Shown: positions 19,182 to 27,765 of the stretch, in pieces
Layout of the letters: each line of letters opens with the position of its first letter
How positions within the stretch are numbered: the first letter of the stretch is position 1
From: Pedosphaera sp.
GTDB taxonomy: Bacteria; Verrucomicrobiota; Verrucomicrobiia; Limisphaerales; DSYF01
NCBI GenBank assembly: GCA_017853715.1
Contig: JAFMIZ010000002.1
Location: 20,128 to 84,127, forward strand
Direction: 5' to 3'
DNA length: 64,000 bases
Position numbers and translations under genes: made by a program
Notes under the pieces: model-generated
Database searches by the model: none
Told to the model about the DNA's origin: nothing
What the model saw: only the letters and a program-made list of their open reading frames with translations

Positions 19182-19982
19182 ATGAACCGCCGGTCCTTCC
19201 TAAAATCTTCCGCCACCGCTTTAACTGTCACGGGTCTCGCCACGGGTTTGACGGGCGCCGCCGCGGAGGGGGCCACCGCCCGCGAGTTCTACGAATTACG
19301 CCGCTACCAGTTCCGGTTCGGGCCGATGGCCAAACGGTTCGAGCAATACATCACCCAGGCCGCCATGCCCGCCATGCAGCGGATGGGCATCGGCCCGATC
19401 GGGGTGTTCAGCCCCGCGGGTGGACCCGACAACCCGGCGGCGTATGTTCTGGTGCCGTTCAAATCGTTGGCGGAATTCGCCAGCGTCGGTGAACGCCTCC
19501 AGCAGGACCCGGAGTACCAGAAGCTGGGCGATGACTATATCAACACGCCCGCCACAGATCCGCCCTACGTGCGCTATGAAAGCTCGTTGCTCCTCGCCCT
19601 CACGGGCATGCCCCGACTGGCCGTGCCCGCTCAAACGGCGGACAACCGTTCGCGCCTGTTCGAACTTCGCACCTACGAAAGCCACAGCCGCAAGGCGCTG
19701 AAGACCAAGGTGAAGATGTTCAACGAAGGCGAGCTGGATATCTTCCGACGCACCGGATTGGCGCCGGTGTTCTTCGGCGAAACGCTCATCGGCCCCCAGC
19801 AACCCAATTTGACCTACCTGCTGGTTTTTGACGATCTGGCCCACCATGGCCAATGCTGGGAAAAATTCCGCAACGATCCTGAGTGGGAAAAAATGAGCGC
19901 CACGCCGGGGTATTCCAACGCCGAAATCGTGTCTAACATCCACAGCCTGTTCCTGAAGCCCATGGGCTGCTCCCAACTTTGA
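19182..19982 (+). CDS. NIPSNAP-family protein with twin-arginine signal peptide
   Basis: 266-aa ORF. MNRRSFLKSSATALTVTGLATGLTGAAA matches the Tat consensus (RRxFLK). Two NIPSNAP-like halves begin with FYELRRYQFRFG and LFELRTYESHS. Confidence 0.7.
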   Translation: MNRRSFLKSSATALTVTGLATGLTGAAAEGATAREFYELRRYQFRFGPMAKRFEQYITQAAMPAMQRMGIGPIGVFSPAGGPDNPAAYVLVPFKSLAEFASVGERLQQDPEYQKLGDDYINTPATDPPYVRYESSLLLALTGMPRLAVPAQTADNRSRLFELRTYESHSRKALKTKVKMFNEGELDIFRRTGLAPVFFGETLIGPQQPNLTYLLVFDDLAHHGQCWEKFRNDPEWEKMSATPGYSNAEIVSNIHSLFLKPMGCSQL

Positions 19983-20132
19983 GGCCGCTCGAAAAAAGGG
20001 TGTTCGCGTCCGGAACATTCGATAGCCCGCGAGTTGCTTCCGTGAGCGAGGACGTGTAAGCTTTGGCCGCCGCAAATACCCAAGCTCGGTTTCCGACATC
20101 GTCGGGTATTTGGTTTAAACCTATTTTCAGCA

Positions 20133-21191
20133 ATGACCGCAAAAACGAACGCCGCAAACGACAGCCCCCAGGCCGACACTTCCGCTTGGAAGCAAATCGT
20201 AGCCCGCTACCAGAAAGCCTCCAATGGTCGCGCCATCCGGCAGGTGTGCAACACCATCCTGCCTTACTTTGGGCTTTGGTGGCTGATGTGGGTGATGCAT
20301 TCAAACAAAGTATCCTGGTGGCTCATTATCCCGCTGGCCATCCTGGCGGGCGGGTTGATGGTGCGCACGTTCATCATCTTTCATGACTGCGGACACGGCT
20401 CGTTCTTCAACTCCCAGAAGGCCAACCACATCCTGGGCGCCATCACCGGCGTGCTCACGTTCACCCCTTACTATCACTGGCGCTGGGAACATGCCATTCA
20501 CCACTCCAGCTCCGGCGATCTGGACCGCCGCGGCACGGGCGACATCTGGACGCTGACCGTCCAAGAATACCTCGAATCCTCCCGCTGGAAACGTTTCGCC
20601 TACCGTTTGGCGCGCAATCCCCTCATCCTATTCGTGCTGGCACCTTTGTTCCTGTTCACGGTGCTGGAACGGATCCCGTCACGCAAAGCTCCGCTGCGCG
20701 AGCGTTACTCCGTTTATTGGACCAACCTCGCGCTTGGTTTGGTCGCCATTGGACTCATCTGGGCGTTTGGCTGGAAGGCGTATCTGATCATCCAGCTGAC
20801 CATTCTCACCGTGGCCGCATCGGCGGGCGTATGGATGTTCTACGTGCAGCATCAGTTCGAAGGAGTTTATTGGGAACGCACCGAGGAATGGGACTATGTG
20901 AAGGCTGCCCTGCATGGCAGTTCGTTCTACAAGCTGCCCAGGGTGCTGCAATGGTTCTCGGGCAACATCGGCTTCCACCACATCCACCACCTGAGTTCGC
21001 GTATCCCGAACTACAACTTGGAAAAGTGCCACAAGGAAGAGCCACTGTTCCAGACGGTAAAGCCGATTACGTTCTTCGCGAGCTTCAAGTCGTTCACCTT
21101 CCGTCTGTGGGACGAGCAGCAACGCCGACTCGTTGGCTTCGGCCACGTGCGCAATATCCGTCGGCAACAGCGACAGGGAATGCGCGCCTAA
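20133..21191 (+). CDS. membrane fatty-acid desaturase
   Basis: 352-aa ORF with three His boxes: HDCGHGS, HWRWEHAIHHSSSG and HHIHHLS. Confidence 0.85.
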   Translation: MTAKTNAANDSPQADTSAWKQIVARYQKASNGRAIRQVCNTILPYFGLWWLMWVMHSNKVSWWLIIPLAILAGGLMVRTFIIFHDCGHGSFFNSQKANHILGAITGVLTFTPYYHWRWEHAIHHSSSGDLDRRGTGDIWTLTVQEYLESSRWKRFAYRLARNPLILFVLAPLFLFTVLERIPSRKAPLRERYSVYWTNLALGLVAIGLIWAFGWKAYLIIQLTILTVAASAGVWMFYVQHQFEGVYWERTEEWDYVKAALHGSSFYKLPRVLQWFSGNIGFHHIHHLSSRIPNYNLEKCHKEEPLFQTVKPITFFASFKSFTFRLWDEQQRRLVGFGHVRNIRRQQRQGMRA

Positions 21192-22483
21192 GCGGTCTGC
21201 AATTCCTTCACCACGAACTTCTGAAACTCGTGGTGAAAGTGGGGCGGAATGCGGACTTTGAACCGGGCCAATTCCCCTTCGTAATCGCGTGCCACCACCT
21301 GCCCGACCTCGTGCAGGCGGGCGATGACATCGGAGCGCTCGTGGGGGATGGCCAGCTCCAGAAACTCGCGGATGGGCCGCAAGGCGGTGCCCAGTTCGGC
21401 CATCAATTCGGGAATCCCCTGCCCGGTCTTGGCGGAGATGATGGCGGCGTGCGGATGCCTCTCTAGAAAGCGCGCCATGGCATCACCCGGCGGCAACAGA
21501 TCCACTTTGTTCAAAACCATCAACGTCGGCCTGCCCTCGGCACCGATCTCACGCAGCACCGCATTCACGGCCTCAATGTGTTCCTCCGCCAGCGGATGGC
21601 TGGCATCCACGACATGCAACAGCAGATCGGCTTGGACGACTTCTTCCAACGTCGCCTTGAAGGCTTCCACCAAATCGTGCGGCAACTTGCGGATGAACCC
21701 CACGGTGTCCGTGAGCAGAACGTTTTGGTTCGTGGGCAGCCGCAAGCGGCGCGTGGTCGGGTCGAGGGTGGCGAACAGTTTGTCTTCGGCCAGCACAGCC
21801 GCGCCGGTGAGACGATTGAGCAAGGTGGACTTGCCCGCATTGGTGTAGCCGACGATGGAGGCCAGCGGCCATTGCTGGCGCTGCCGTGAAAGGCGTTGCG
21901 TGGAGCGCTGCCGCCGGACGATCTCGAGCTCCTCGGTGATCTTATCGATGCGCTCCTGCGTCTTGCGGCGGTCCGCTTCCAACTGCGATTCCCCTTCACC
22001 GCCACGCATGCCGATGCCGCCCTTTTGCCGCGACAAGTGGGTCCAGTAGCGGGTCAGGCGCGGCAACAAATGCTCCAATTGCGCCAGTTCGATCTGGAGT
22101 TTGCCTTCCCGGGTGCGGGCGCGTTGCGCGAAGATGTCGAGGATCAGCGCCGTGCGATCCAGCACCTTGCACTCGAAGATTTTCTCCAGGTTGCGGCTTT
22201 GGGCCGCGCTCAACTCATCATCGAAGACGATGGTGTCCACCTGATTCTCTTTGCACCACGCGGCGAAGTCCTCCGCCTTGCCTTTGCCGATGTAGGTTCC
22301 GGCGTTGGGGGTTTCAAGTTTCTGCACCCCTTCGCCAGTGACCACGCCGCCGGCGGTTTCGACGAGTTCGCCGAGTTCATCCAGCGTTTCGCGGGTGCTG
22401 CCACCCTTTTCAGCCTTCAATTCCACCCCGACGAGAAAGACTCGTTCAGTCCGTTGGGTTCGGTTTTCGATTAGAGCTCTCAA
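21188..22483 (-). CDS. hflX: GTPase HflX
   Basis: 431-aa ORF with the HflX N-terminal domain (ERVFLVGVEL...), G1 GYTNAGKST, G3 DTVGF and G4 LNKVD. Confidence 0.95.
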   Translation of the reverse strand: MRALIENRTQRTERVFLVGVELKAEKGGSTRETLDELGELVETAGGVVTGEGVQKLETPNAGTYIGKGKAEDFAAWCKENQVDTIVFDDELSAAQSRNLEKIFECKVLDRTALILDIFAQRARTREGKLQIELAQLEHLLPRLTRYWTHLSRQKGGIGMRGGEGESQLEADRRKTQERIDKITEELEIVRRQRSTQRLSRQRQQWPLASIVGYTNAGKSTLLNRLTGAAVLAEDKLFATLDPTTRRLRLPTNQNVLLTDTVGFIRKLPHDLVEAFKATLEEVVQADLLLHVVDASHPLAEEHIEAVNAVLREIGAEGRPTLMVLNKVDLLPPGDAMARFLERHPHAAIISAKTGQGIPELMAELGTALRPIREFLELAIPHERSDVIARLHEVGQVVARDYEGELARFKVRIPPHFHHEFQKFVVKELQTA

Positions 22484-22662
22484 GCAGGGGAAGGGGACGT
22501 GTCGCGCCGGACAGGTTCAACGGGGTAAATCAAATGGAAGCGTGGCATTCTGCTAAACCCAGAGGGAGTCATGTTTGCAAAAACAATCTGATCGCGGTGC
22601 TGCCGCGATTGCTCGGGTTGGTTTTGGCGATCTCTGCCACGCGCCCAACCTAAGCCATTTCG

Positions 22663-23337
22663 TTGACTTCAACAACGGCTTACTGGCGCCTCCTTCAGGG
22701 AAAATCTTTCCCGTCCCGTTGCCTGCCGCTAGGCTGCGCCGGCTTGAATCACCTGACCGTGCCATCACCCAACCCGTGGGAGGAGCGCTATCAATCCGGC
22801 GACACCCATTGGGACAAGGGCCAGCCGGCCCCCGGGTTGGTGGAGTTCTTGCGCGAACATCCCGAGCTGCCGCGCGGTTCCGTGGCCATCCCGGGCTGCG
22901 GCTATGGCCATGATGTCAGGGCCTGGGCGGCGCACGGCTTTCAGGCCACCGGCTTCGACATCGCCCCGAGTGCGATTGGGGGAGCCAACGGCCACCCGGC
23001 GAATGAGGGTTCCGCCGCCCGCTTTGTGCTCGCTGATTTTCTGAACGGCTCCCCGCCGGGACCATTCGACTACGTGTTCGAGCATACTTTGTTCTGCGCG
23101 ATCCAGCCCGCGCAGCGCGATGCCTATGTGGAGGCCCTGCTCCGCTGGTTGCGGCCCGGCGGCACTTACCTCGCCATCCACTACATCCTTTGCGATGGCG
23201 AGCCGCCGTTCCCGGTGGATCGCGCCGAGCTTTGGCAAAGGTTCCGCCCGCACTTTCATTTGATTGACCAATGGATTCCGCGCTCGTATTCCAACCGCGT
23301 CGGCCGCGAGCTGATGAGCTGGTGGCGACGCAAATGA
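22663..23337 (+). CDS. SAM-dependent methyltransferase, thiopurine/halide methyltransferase (TPMT)-like
   Basis: WEERYQSGDTHWDKGQPAP is followed by the motif I sequence IPGCGYGHDV. The start is uncertain: in-frame TTG at 22744 and GTG at 22759 are alternatives to 22663. Confidence 0.7.
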   Translation: MTSTTAYWRLLQGKSFPSRCLPLGCAGLNHLTVPSPNPWEERYQSGDTHWDKGQPAPGLVEFLREHPELPRGSVAIPGCGYGHDVRAWAAHGFQATGFDIAPSAIGGANGHPANEGSAARFVLADFLNGSPPGPFDYVFEHTLFCAIQPAQRDAYVEALLRWLRPGGTYLAIHYILCDGEPPFPVDRAELWQRFRPHFHLIDQWIPRSYSNRVGRELMSWWRRK

Positions 23338-23344
23338 TTTCAAT

Positions 23345-24229
23345 ATGACCAAACCCACCCTTCTTCTACTGGCCGCCGGCATGGGCAGCCGCTACGGCGG
23401 ACTCAAGCAAGTGGACCCCGTCGGCCCCTCGGGCGAAACCCTCCTCGACTACTCCATCTACGACGCCCTGCGCTCCGGCTTCGGCAAGGTGGTGTTCATC
23501 ATCCGCCACGACATCGAGCAGCAATTCCGCGAAGTCGTCGGGAAACGCTTCGAGGGCCGCGCGCCGGTGGATTATGCGTTTCAGGAGTTGAACGACCTGC
23601 CGGCCGGATTCACCGTGCCCGAAGGCCGGACGAAGCCGTGGGGCACCACGCAAGCCGTGCTCGCCGCCGAGGGCGTTGTGCGTGAGCCGTTCGCCGTGCT
23701 GAATGCCGACGACTTCTACGGGCGAGAATCCTTCGCGACCTTGGCAACCCACCTGACCTCCGGCTCGAAGGATTTGGCCATGGTTGGGTTCCAGCTCAAG
23801 AACACCCTCTCCGAGCACGGCACCGTGGCACGGGGCATTTGTGGCGTCGGCGCCGATGGTTACCTGACCAGCGTGCAGGAGTTCACGAAGATCGAGAAGA
23901 CCCCGACGGGCGCTCGCGAGGGCGACCGCACCTTCAGCGGCGATGAGCTCGTCTCCATGAATTTCTGGGGCTTCCACCCAGCCGTATTCAGCGACCTGCG
24001 CGCCTCCTTCACCGCGTTCCTGCAACGAGGCGGCCAAGAACTGAAATCCGAGTGCTACATTCCCGCCACCGTCAACGAGCTGATGGTGGGTGGCAAGGCC
24101 CGGGTGAAGATGTTGAGCAGCCGCAGTCCTTGGTTCGGGGTCACTTACAAAGAAGACAAGCCGCGCGTCGTGGAGAGCATCGCCAAACTCGTGCAAGCAG
24201 GGGCCTACCCGGCGAAGCTTTGGACCTGA
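23345..24229 (+). CDS. sugar-phosphate nucleotidyltransferase family protein
   Basis: 294-aa ORF with the N-terminal signature LLLAAGMGSRYGGLKQ (G-x-G-x-R nucleotide-binding loop) and NADDFYG. Confidence 0.75.
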   Translation: MTKPTLLLLAAGMGSRYGGLKQVDPVGPSGETLLDYSIYDALRSGFGKVVFIIRHDIEQQFREVVGKRFEGRAPVDYAFQELNDLPAGFTVPEGRTKPWGTTQAVLAAEGVVREPFAVLNADDFYGRESFATLATHLTSGSKDLAMVGFQLKNTLSEHGTVARGICGVGADGYLTSVQEFTKIEKTPTGAREGDRTFSGDELVSMNFWGFHPAVFSDLRASFTAFLQRGGQELKSECYIPATVNELMVGGKARVKMLSSRSPWFGVTYKEDKPRVVESIAKLVQAGAYPAKLWT

Positions 24230-24240
24230 GCCAGCGACTG

Positions 24241-24430
24241 GCCACAAAAAGGCACAAGAGGCACAAATAAGAAAAGGCGGCCAGTCATTCTGCAATGTTA
24301 CGCAATATGATTATCCAAGCTCCATTTGTGCGTGGGCTGCCACCATGCGCGCTTGGGGCTACACCTCAAGGGACGGGCTTAGAGGCGACCCTTTGTCTGT
24401 TTATTGCGCCTTTTGTGCCTCTTTGTGGCA
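24241..24430. repeat. about 30-bp imperfect terminal inverted repeats flanking a roughly 130-bp non-coding core (MITE/REP-like)
   Basis: 24241-24270 reads gccacaaaaaggcacaagaggcacaaataa. The reverse complement of 24401-24430 reads gccacaaagaggcacaaaaggcgcaataa. These differ by 3 mismatches and 1 indel. The core looks less GC-rich than its surroundings (by eye) and has no credible ORF. Confidence 0.55.
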
Positions 24431-24493
24431 ACCCTGGTCGTTCGATACTGGTATCGGCTGAATAACCCCCTACGGACAACGTCATTTCTCCTT

Positions 24494-24928
24494 GTGAAAC
24501 ACCTGCTCACCCTACTCTGTCTAGTCCTGCTGGCCGCCGGCTGCGCCTCTTCCAATACGCCCGAGATGCGCCGGGCCGAACGTGCCGCGGCCTACGCCGC
24601 CCTGCCCGCCGAGCAGCGTGAGCTCGTGGACCACGGCCAAATCAAGGTCGGCATGAGCACGGACGCGGTGTATATCGCCTGGGGCAAGCCGGCCCAGATC
24701 TTGCAAAGCGAAAACGAACGAGGCGGGGTCACCACCTGGCTGTACGAGGGCGATTGGATGAAAGAATCGCGTTACTGGGCTTACCGCCAAACGGGCATCG
24801 GGCCGGATCTTTTCTTGGAACGTTACCTGATAAACGACTACCAGCCGCGCACCTACGTCAGCGCCCAATTACGCTTCGTGGACGGCAAGCTCAAGGAGTG
24901 GCAGACCCTTCCCCGCCCGCCGGACTAG
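24494..24928 (+). CDS. small lipoprotein, function unknown
   Basis: I chose the GTG at 24494 (VKHLLTLLCLVLLAAGCASS, lipobox LAAGC) inside the 24404-24928 ORF. The upstream 30 codons are encoded by the right arm of the inverted repeat. Confidence 0.6.
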   Translation: MKHLLTLLCLVLLAAGCASSNTPEMRRAERAAAYAALPAEQRELVDHGQIKVGMSTDAVYIAWGKPAQILQSENERGGVTTWLYEGDWMKESRYWAYRQTGIGPDLFLERYLINDYQPRTYVSAQLRFVDGKLKEWQTLPRPPD

Positions 24929-24951
24929 ATTCCGCCAGTTGACAGCGGTGG

Positions 24952-24983
24952 GTGCTTGGTAAAAGTTCTCCACAACCAAGCAC
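24952..24983 (+). promoter_or_regulatory. perfect 9-bp hairpin just upstream of the prepilin-like gene
   Basis: gtgcttggt (24952-24960) pairs with accaagcac (24975-24983) across a 14-nt loop. The hairpin ends 9 nt before the GTG start at 24993. No U-tract follows. Confidence 0.35.
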
Positions 24984-24992
24984 GCGTCGTCC

Positions 24993-25838
24993 GTGAAACA
25001 CACATATAAACAGGGCTTTCAGGGTTTCACCTTGATCGAATTGCTGGTGGTCATTGCCGTCATCGGCATTCTGTCCGCCCTGCTGCTTCCCACCTTGGGC
25101 CGGGCGAAGCAGAAGGCGTGGGGCATCTACTGCATGAACAACCACCGGAGTTTGGCACTGGCTTGGCGGATGTATGCCGACGACAACTCCGACCAGATCA
25201 CCTACGCCAGCGAATACCCGTGGGATCCATCCACCTACAGCCGTGCCTGGGTCACCGGCACACTGGACACGAATCCTAACAACCGGTCCAACTGGGACCC
25301 CGATCAGGATATCACCAAGAGCCCGCTCTGGCCGTACTGCGGCAACAGCCTGCGCATCTGGAAATGTCCGGCAGACGACTCCAAAGTCGTGGTTGATGGT
25401 GAGGAGAAACCCCGCGTTCGCAGCATGTCCATGAACATCTACCTCGGCGGCTGGGGCGGTGGCTACGGCGGCTGGGGCGAAGAAATCACGCGCTGCCGAC
25501 TCTACATGAAGACGTCCGACATCAATGACCCCACACCCAGTGAGATGTTCGTGCTCTTGGACATGCGGGAGGACAGCATTGATATGGGAAACCTTTTGGT
25601 AAACATGTCCGGCTGGCCAACCGACACCCAGGAATACCGCTTCTGGGATTTACCGGGGGTCTATCACGCCGGGTCCTGCGGATTCTCCTTCGCTGACGGC
25701 CACTCGGAGATCAAAAAATGGCGCGACCCGCGAACCACGCCTCCCCTCGTGCGCGATGGATTCGTGAACGACGTCTTCATGTCCCCCGACAACCCCGACA
25801 TCACTTGGTTGCAGCAACGGGCCACGCGCCCCAAGTAG
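24993..25838 (+). CDS. prepilin-type N-terminal cleavage/methylation protein with H-X9-DG (DUF1559-like) domain
   Basis: QGFTLIELLVVIAVIGILSALLLP is the class III signal (G/F cleavage site, Glu at +5). The C-terminal YHAGSCGFSFADG fits H-X9-DG exactly. Confidence 0.85.
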   Translation: MKHTYKQGFQGFTLIELLVVIAVIGILSALLLPTLGRAKQKAWGIYCMNNHRSLALAWRMYADDNSDQITYASEYPWDPSTYSRAWVTGTLDTNPNNRSNWDPDQDITKSPLWPYCGNSLRIWKCPADDSKVVVDGEEKPRVRSMSMNIYLGGWGGGYGGWGEEITRCRLYMKTSDINDPTPSEMFVLLDMREDSIDMGNLLVNMSGWPTDTQEYRFWDLPGVYHAGSCGFSFADGHSEIKKWRDPRTTPPLVRDGFVNDVFMSPDNPDITWLQQRATRPK

Positions 25839-25845
25839 GAACGAG

Positions 25846-26286
25846 CTAGGAAAGCAATTCCCTTGGCGCGATTTCCACCTTAGCCGCAATCTCCCCAGGA
25901 ATTTCGACCGCCTTCATCCTGCCCCCTTGGTGCGTCACGCACACAACGGTCAGCGTGCCGCGCGCCACTTCGACGGGGGATTCCGCATTTAGCTTGCGAA
26001 TGCGGAACTGATAGCTGAGCGATTTGGATTTCTTCTCCGCCACCAGCATGTGGACCTCGAATTCATCCTCGAAGCGCAACGGCTGCTTGAAATCGCACTC
26101 CGCCCGCACGCGCGGCCAGCCGACGGGCGGGTCCACCTGCCGCGTGACCACGGAGAAGCCCAGCGACCGGAAGAACTCATGTTCCGCCGCCTCCATGTAC
26201 CGGAAGAAATTCGAGTAGTGGACGATGCCCGCCATGTCCGTGTCCGAAAACTCCACCCGGCGGCGCACTTTGTATTCGTAAGGCAT
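25846..26286 (-). CDS. acyl-CoA thioesterase, 4HBT/YbgC-like hotdog fold
   Basis: 146-aa ORF. RRVEFSDTDMAGIVHYSNFFRYMEAAEHEFFRSLG is the typical N-terminal catalytic Asp region of 4HBT-class thioesterases. Confidence 0.8.
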   Translation of the reverse strand: MPYEYKVRRRVEFSDTDMAGIVHYSNFFRYMEAAEHEFFRSLGFSVVTRQVDPPVGWPRVRAECDFKQPLRFEDEFEVHMLVAEKKSKSLSYQFRIRKLNAESPVEVARGTLTVVCVTHQGGRMKAVEIPGEIAAKVEIAPRELLS

Positions 26287-26298
26287 GGAGGAATTTTA

Positions 26299-26322
26299 GA
26301 TTTGCGATTTACGATTTACGAT
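26299..26322. repeat. heptamer tandem repeat GATTTRC x3.4
   Basis: The sequence gatttgc gatttac gatttac gat lies in the 79-nt gap between the GT4 and thioesterase genes. Confidence 0.6.
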
Positions 26323-26365
26323 GGAATTCAGGAGTTTCCCTCCCGGGAGGGATCAGGGGGTTCCT

Positions 26366-27688
26366 TCACTTCGACCGGGGCCAGACCAGTTCGGCGTAGA
26401 GCTTCAACAATGAATCTGCCATGGCCTCCACGTGGTAGCGTTCAAAAACAACTTTGCGCGCCGCGTCACCGACCGCTCGCGCCCTGTCTGGCTGAACGAG
26501 CAACGCCTCGATTGCCCCGGCCAGTGATTTAGGATTCTCGGGTTCGCACAGGGCACCTCCGCTGGTTGACGCAACCAGCTCAGGGAACGCCGCCGTCCTC
26601 GGCTGCACGACCGGAACACCCGCCGCCAGTGCCTCGACCAGATAGAGGCCATACGCCTCGCCATAGCGGGCGGGCACGGAGAACACCGAAAGCGATTCCA
26701 AGAAACCAATCTTCTCGACCCGGCTGATGTTCGGCGAAAACACCGTCTCGCCGAGGTAGCCCGCTTCCGCCAGCAGCTTGCGCAACCCCTTCACGAAGGG
26801 TTCATCTGCCGGACCACAGCTCCCGGCGATATGCAGTTTGAGTCGCGGAACGCTCTCACGCCGTTTGAGATCAATGAACGCCTCCACCAAGGTATCCAGC
26901 CCCTTCTCCTTACACATCCGCGCCAGATACCCCACCACGGGAGCGGCATTCCGGGTCAACCGGCTTTCGCGCCGTGATCCCGTGACGCCCGTGTAGCCGT
27001 CCAGATTAATTCCGTTATGCACCACCTTCACGCGCGCCGGCTCCAAATTCAGCCGGCGAATCATCCGGTCCGCGAAGTAACGACTGGGCGCGATGAACAA
27101 ATCCACGTCCGCCGCGCGCTCGCCGACCAGTTGCCAGGCCGCCGCGCGATGCGACCCGGGCAGTGAATCCAGAAAGGCGTCCTCGCCCTGCAAGGTGCAG
27201 ACGATGCGGGTGTGCAATTCCGACTTGATGCGTCGCGCCATGCCCAGCAGCAGCGCATTCGAGAAACAGACAATGTCGGGCTGCGCGTGGCGCTTAAGCC
27301 ATTTGACCAAGTCCTCCAGTTCCCGCGCCTGACGACCCTCCTCGCCCCGCAACATGGACAGCGTCAATTCACCCAGTTCGGAAGCCTTGGTCTTGGCGGC
27401 GTGTACCCCAGCCCAATCAAGGATTCCGCGGGAAGAAACCAAGCGATGCAGGAAGCCGGGCGCGTGCCGCCAGAGCGAGAGCTTCTGGTCGAGATAAACA
27501 TTCACCCCGCCGAAGAACACTGGAGTGCCAGCGCTTTGATCCTCCTCATCCAAGGTGAGCGGCAGATAGAGCGGCACCATCGTCACGTCATGCCCCTGCC
27601 GCCGCAACTCCGCCACCAGCGCGTTGTCGCGGAAACAATTCCCGCAATACATCGCGCCTGCGCCGGGAGTCAGTTGGACAATGTTCAT
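26366..27688 (-). CDS. glycosyltransferase family 4 (GT-B, group 1)
   Basis: 440-aa ORF. The C-terminal half has the GT4 E-x7-E-type region (FSVPARYGEAYGLYLVEALAAGVPVV) and the N-terminal half is GT4-like. Confidence 0.85.
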   Translation of the reverse strand: MNIVQLTPGAGAMYCGNCFRDNALVAELRRQGHDVTMVPLYLPLTLDEEDQSAGTPVFFGGVNVYLDQKLSLWRHAPGFLHRLVSSRGILDWAGVHAAKTKASELGELTLSMLRGEEGRQARELEDLVKWLKRHAQPDIVCFSNALLLGMARRIKSELHTRIVCTLQGEDAFLDSLPGSHRAAAWQLVGERAADVDLFIAPSRYFADRMIRRLNLEPARVKVVHNGINLDGYTGVTGSRRESRLTRNAAPVVGYLARMCKEKGLDTLVEAFIDLKRRESVPRLKLHIAGSCGPADEPFVKGLRKLLAEAGYLGETVFSPNISRVEKIGFLESLSVFSVPARYGEAYGLYLVEALAAGVPVVQPRTAAFPELVASTSGGALCEPENPKSLAGAIEALLVQPDRARAVGDAARKVVFERYHVEAMADSLLKLYAELVWPRSK

Positions 27689-27765
27689 GAGTGTTTGATA
27701 AGCGTGCTCCGCTTTTTGTGACCACGCGCCACCAACAGAGCGAACCCGCCCTAAGTGACCCGCCC

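Noticed and set aside
22591-22609. Hairpin atcgcgg-tgctg-ccgcgat as a terminator
   Set aside because: It lies between two divergently transcribed genes (hflX and the methyltransferase), so no transcript ends here. No U-tract follows it. It is more likely a REP-like element or operator, but the evidence is insufficient.
24404-24493. First 30 codons of ORF 24404-24928 (MRLLCLFVATLVV...)
   Set aside because: These codons are encoded by the right arm of the inverted-repeat element. The downstream GTG at 24494 gives a canonical lipoprotein signal peptide.
26299-26322. Possible CRISPR array (also 33345-33368)
   Set aside because: The repeat units are only 7-8 bp, directly tandem with no spacers, and no cas genes lie in the window.
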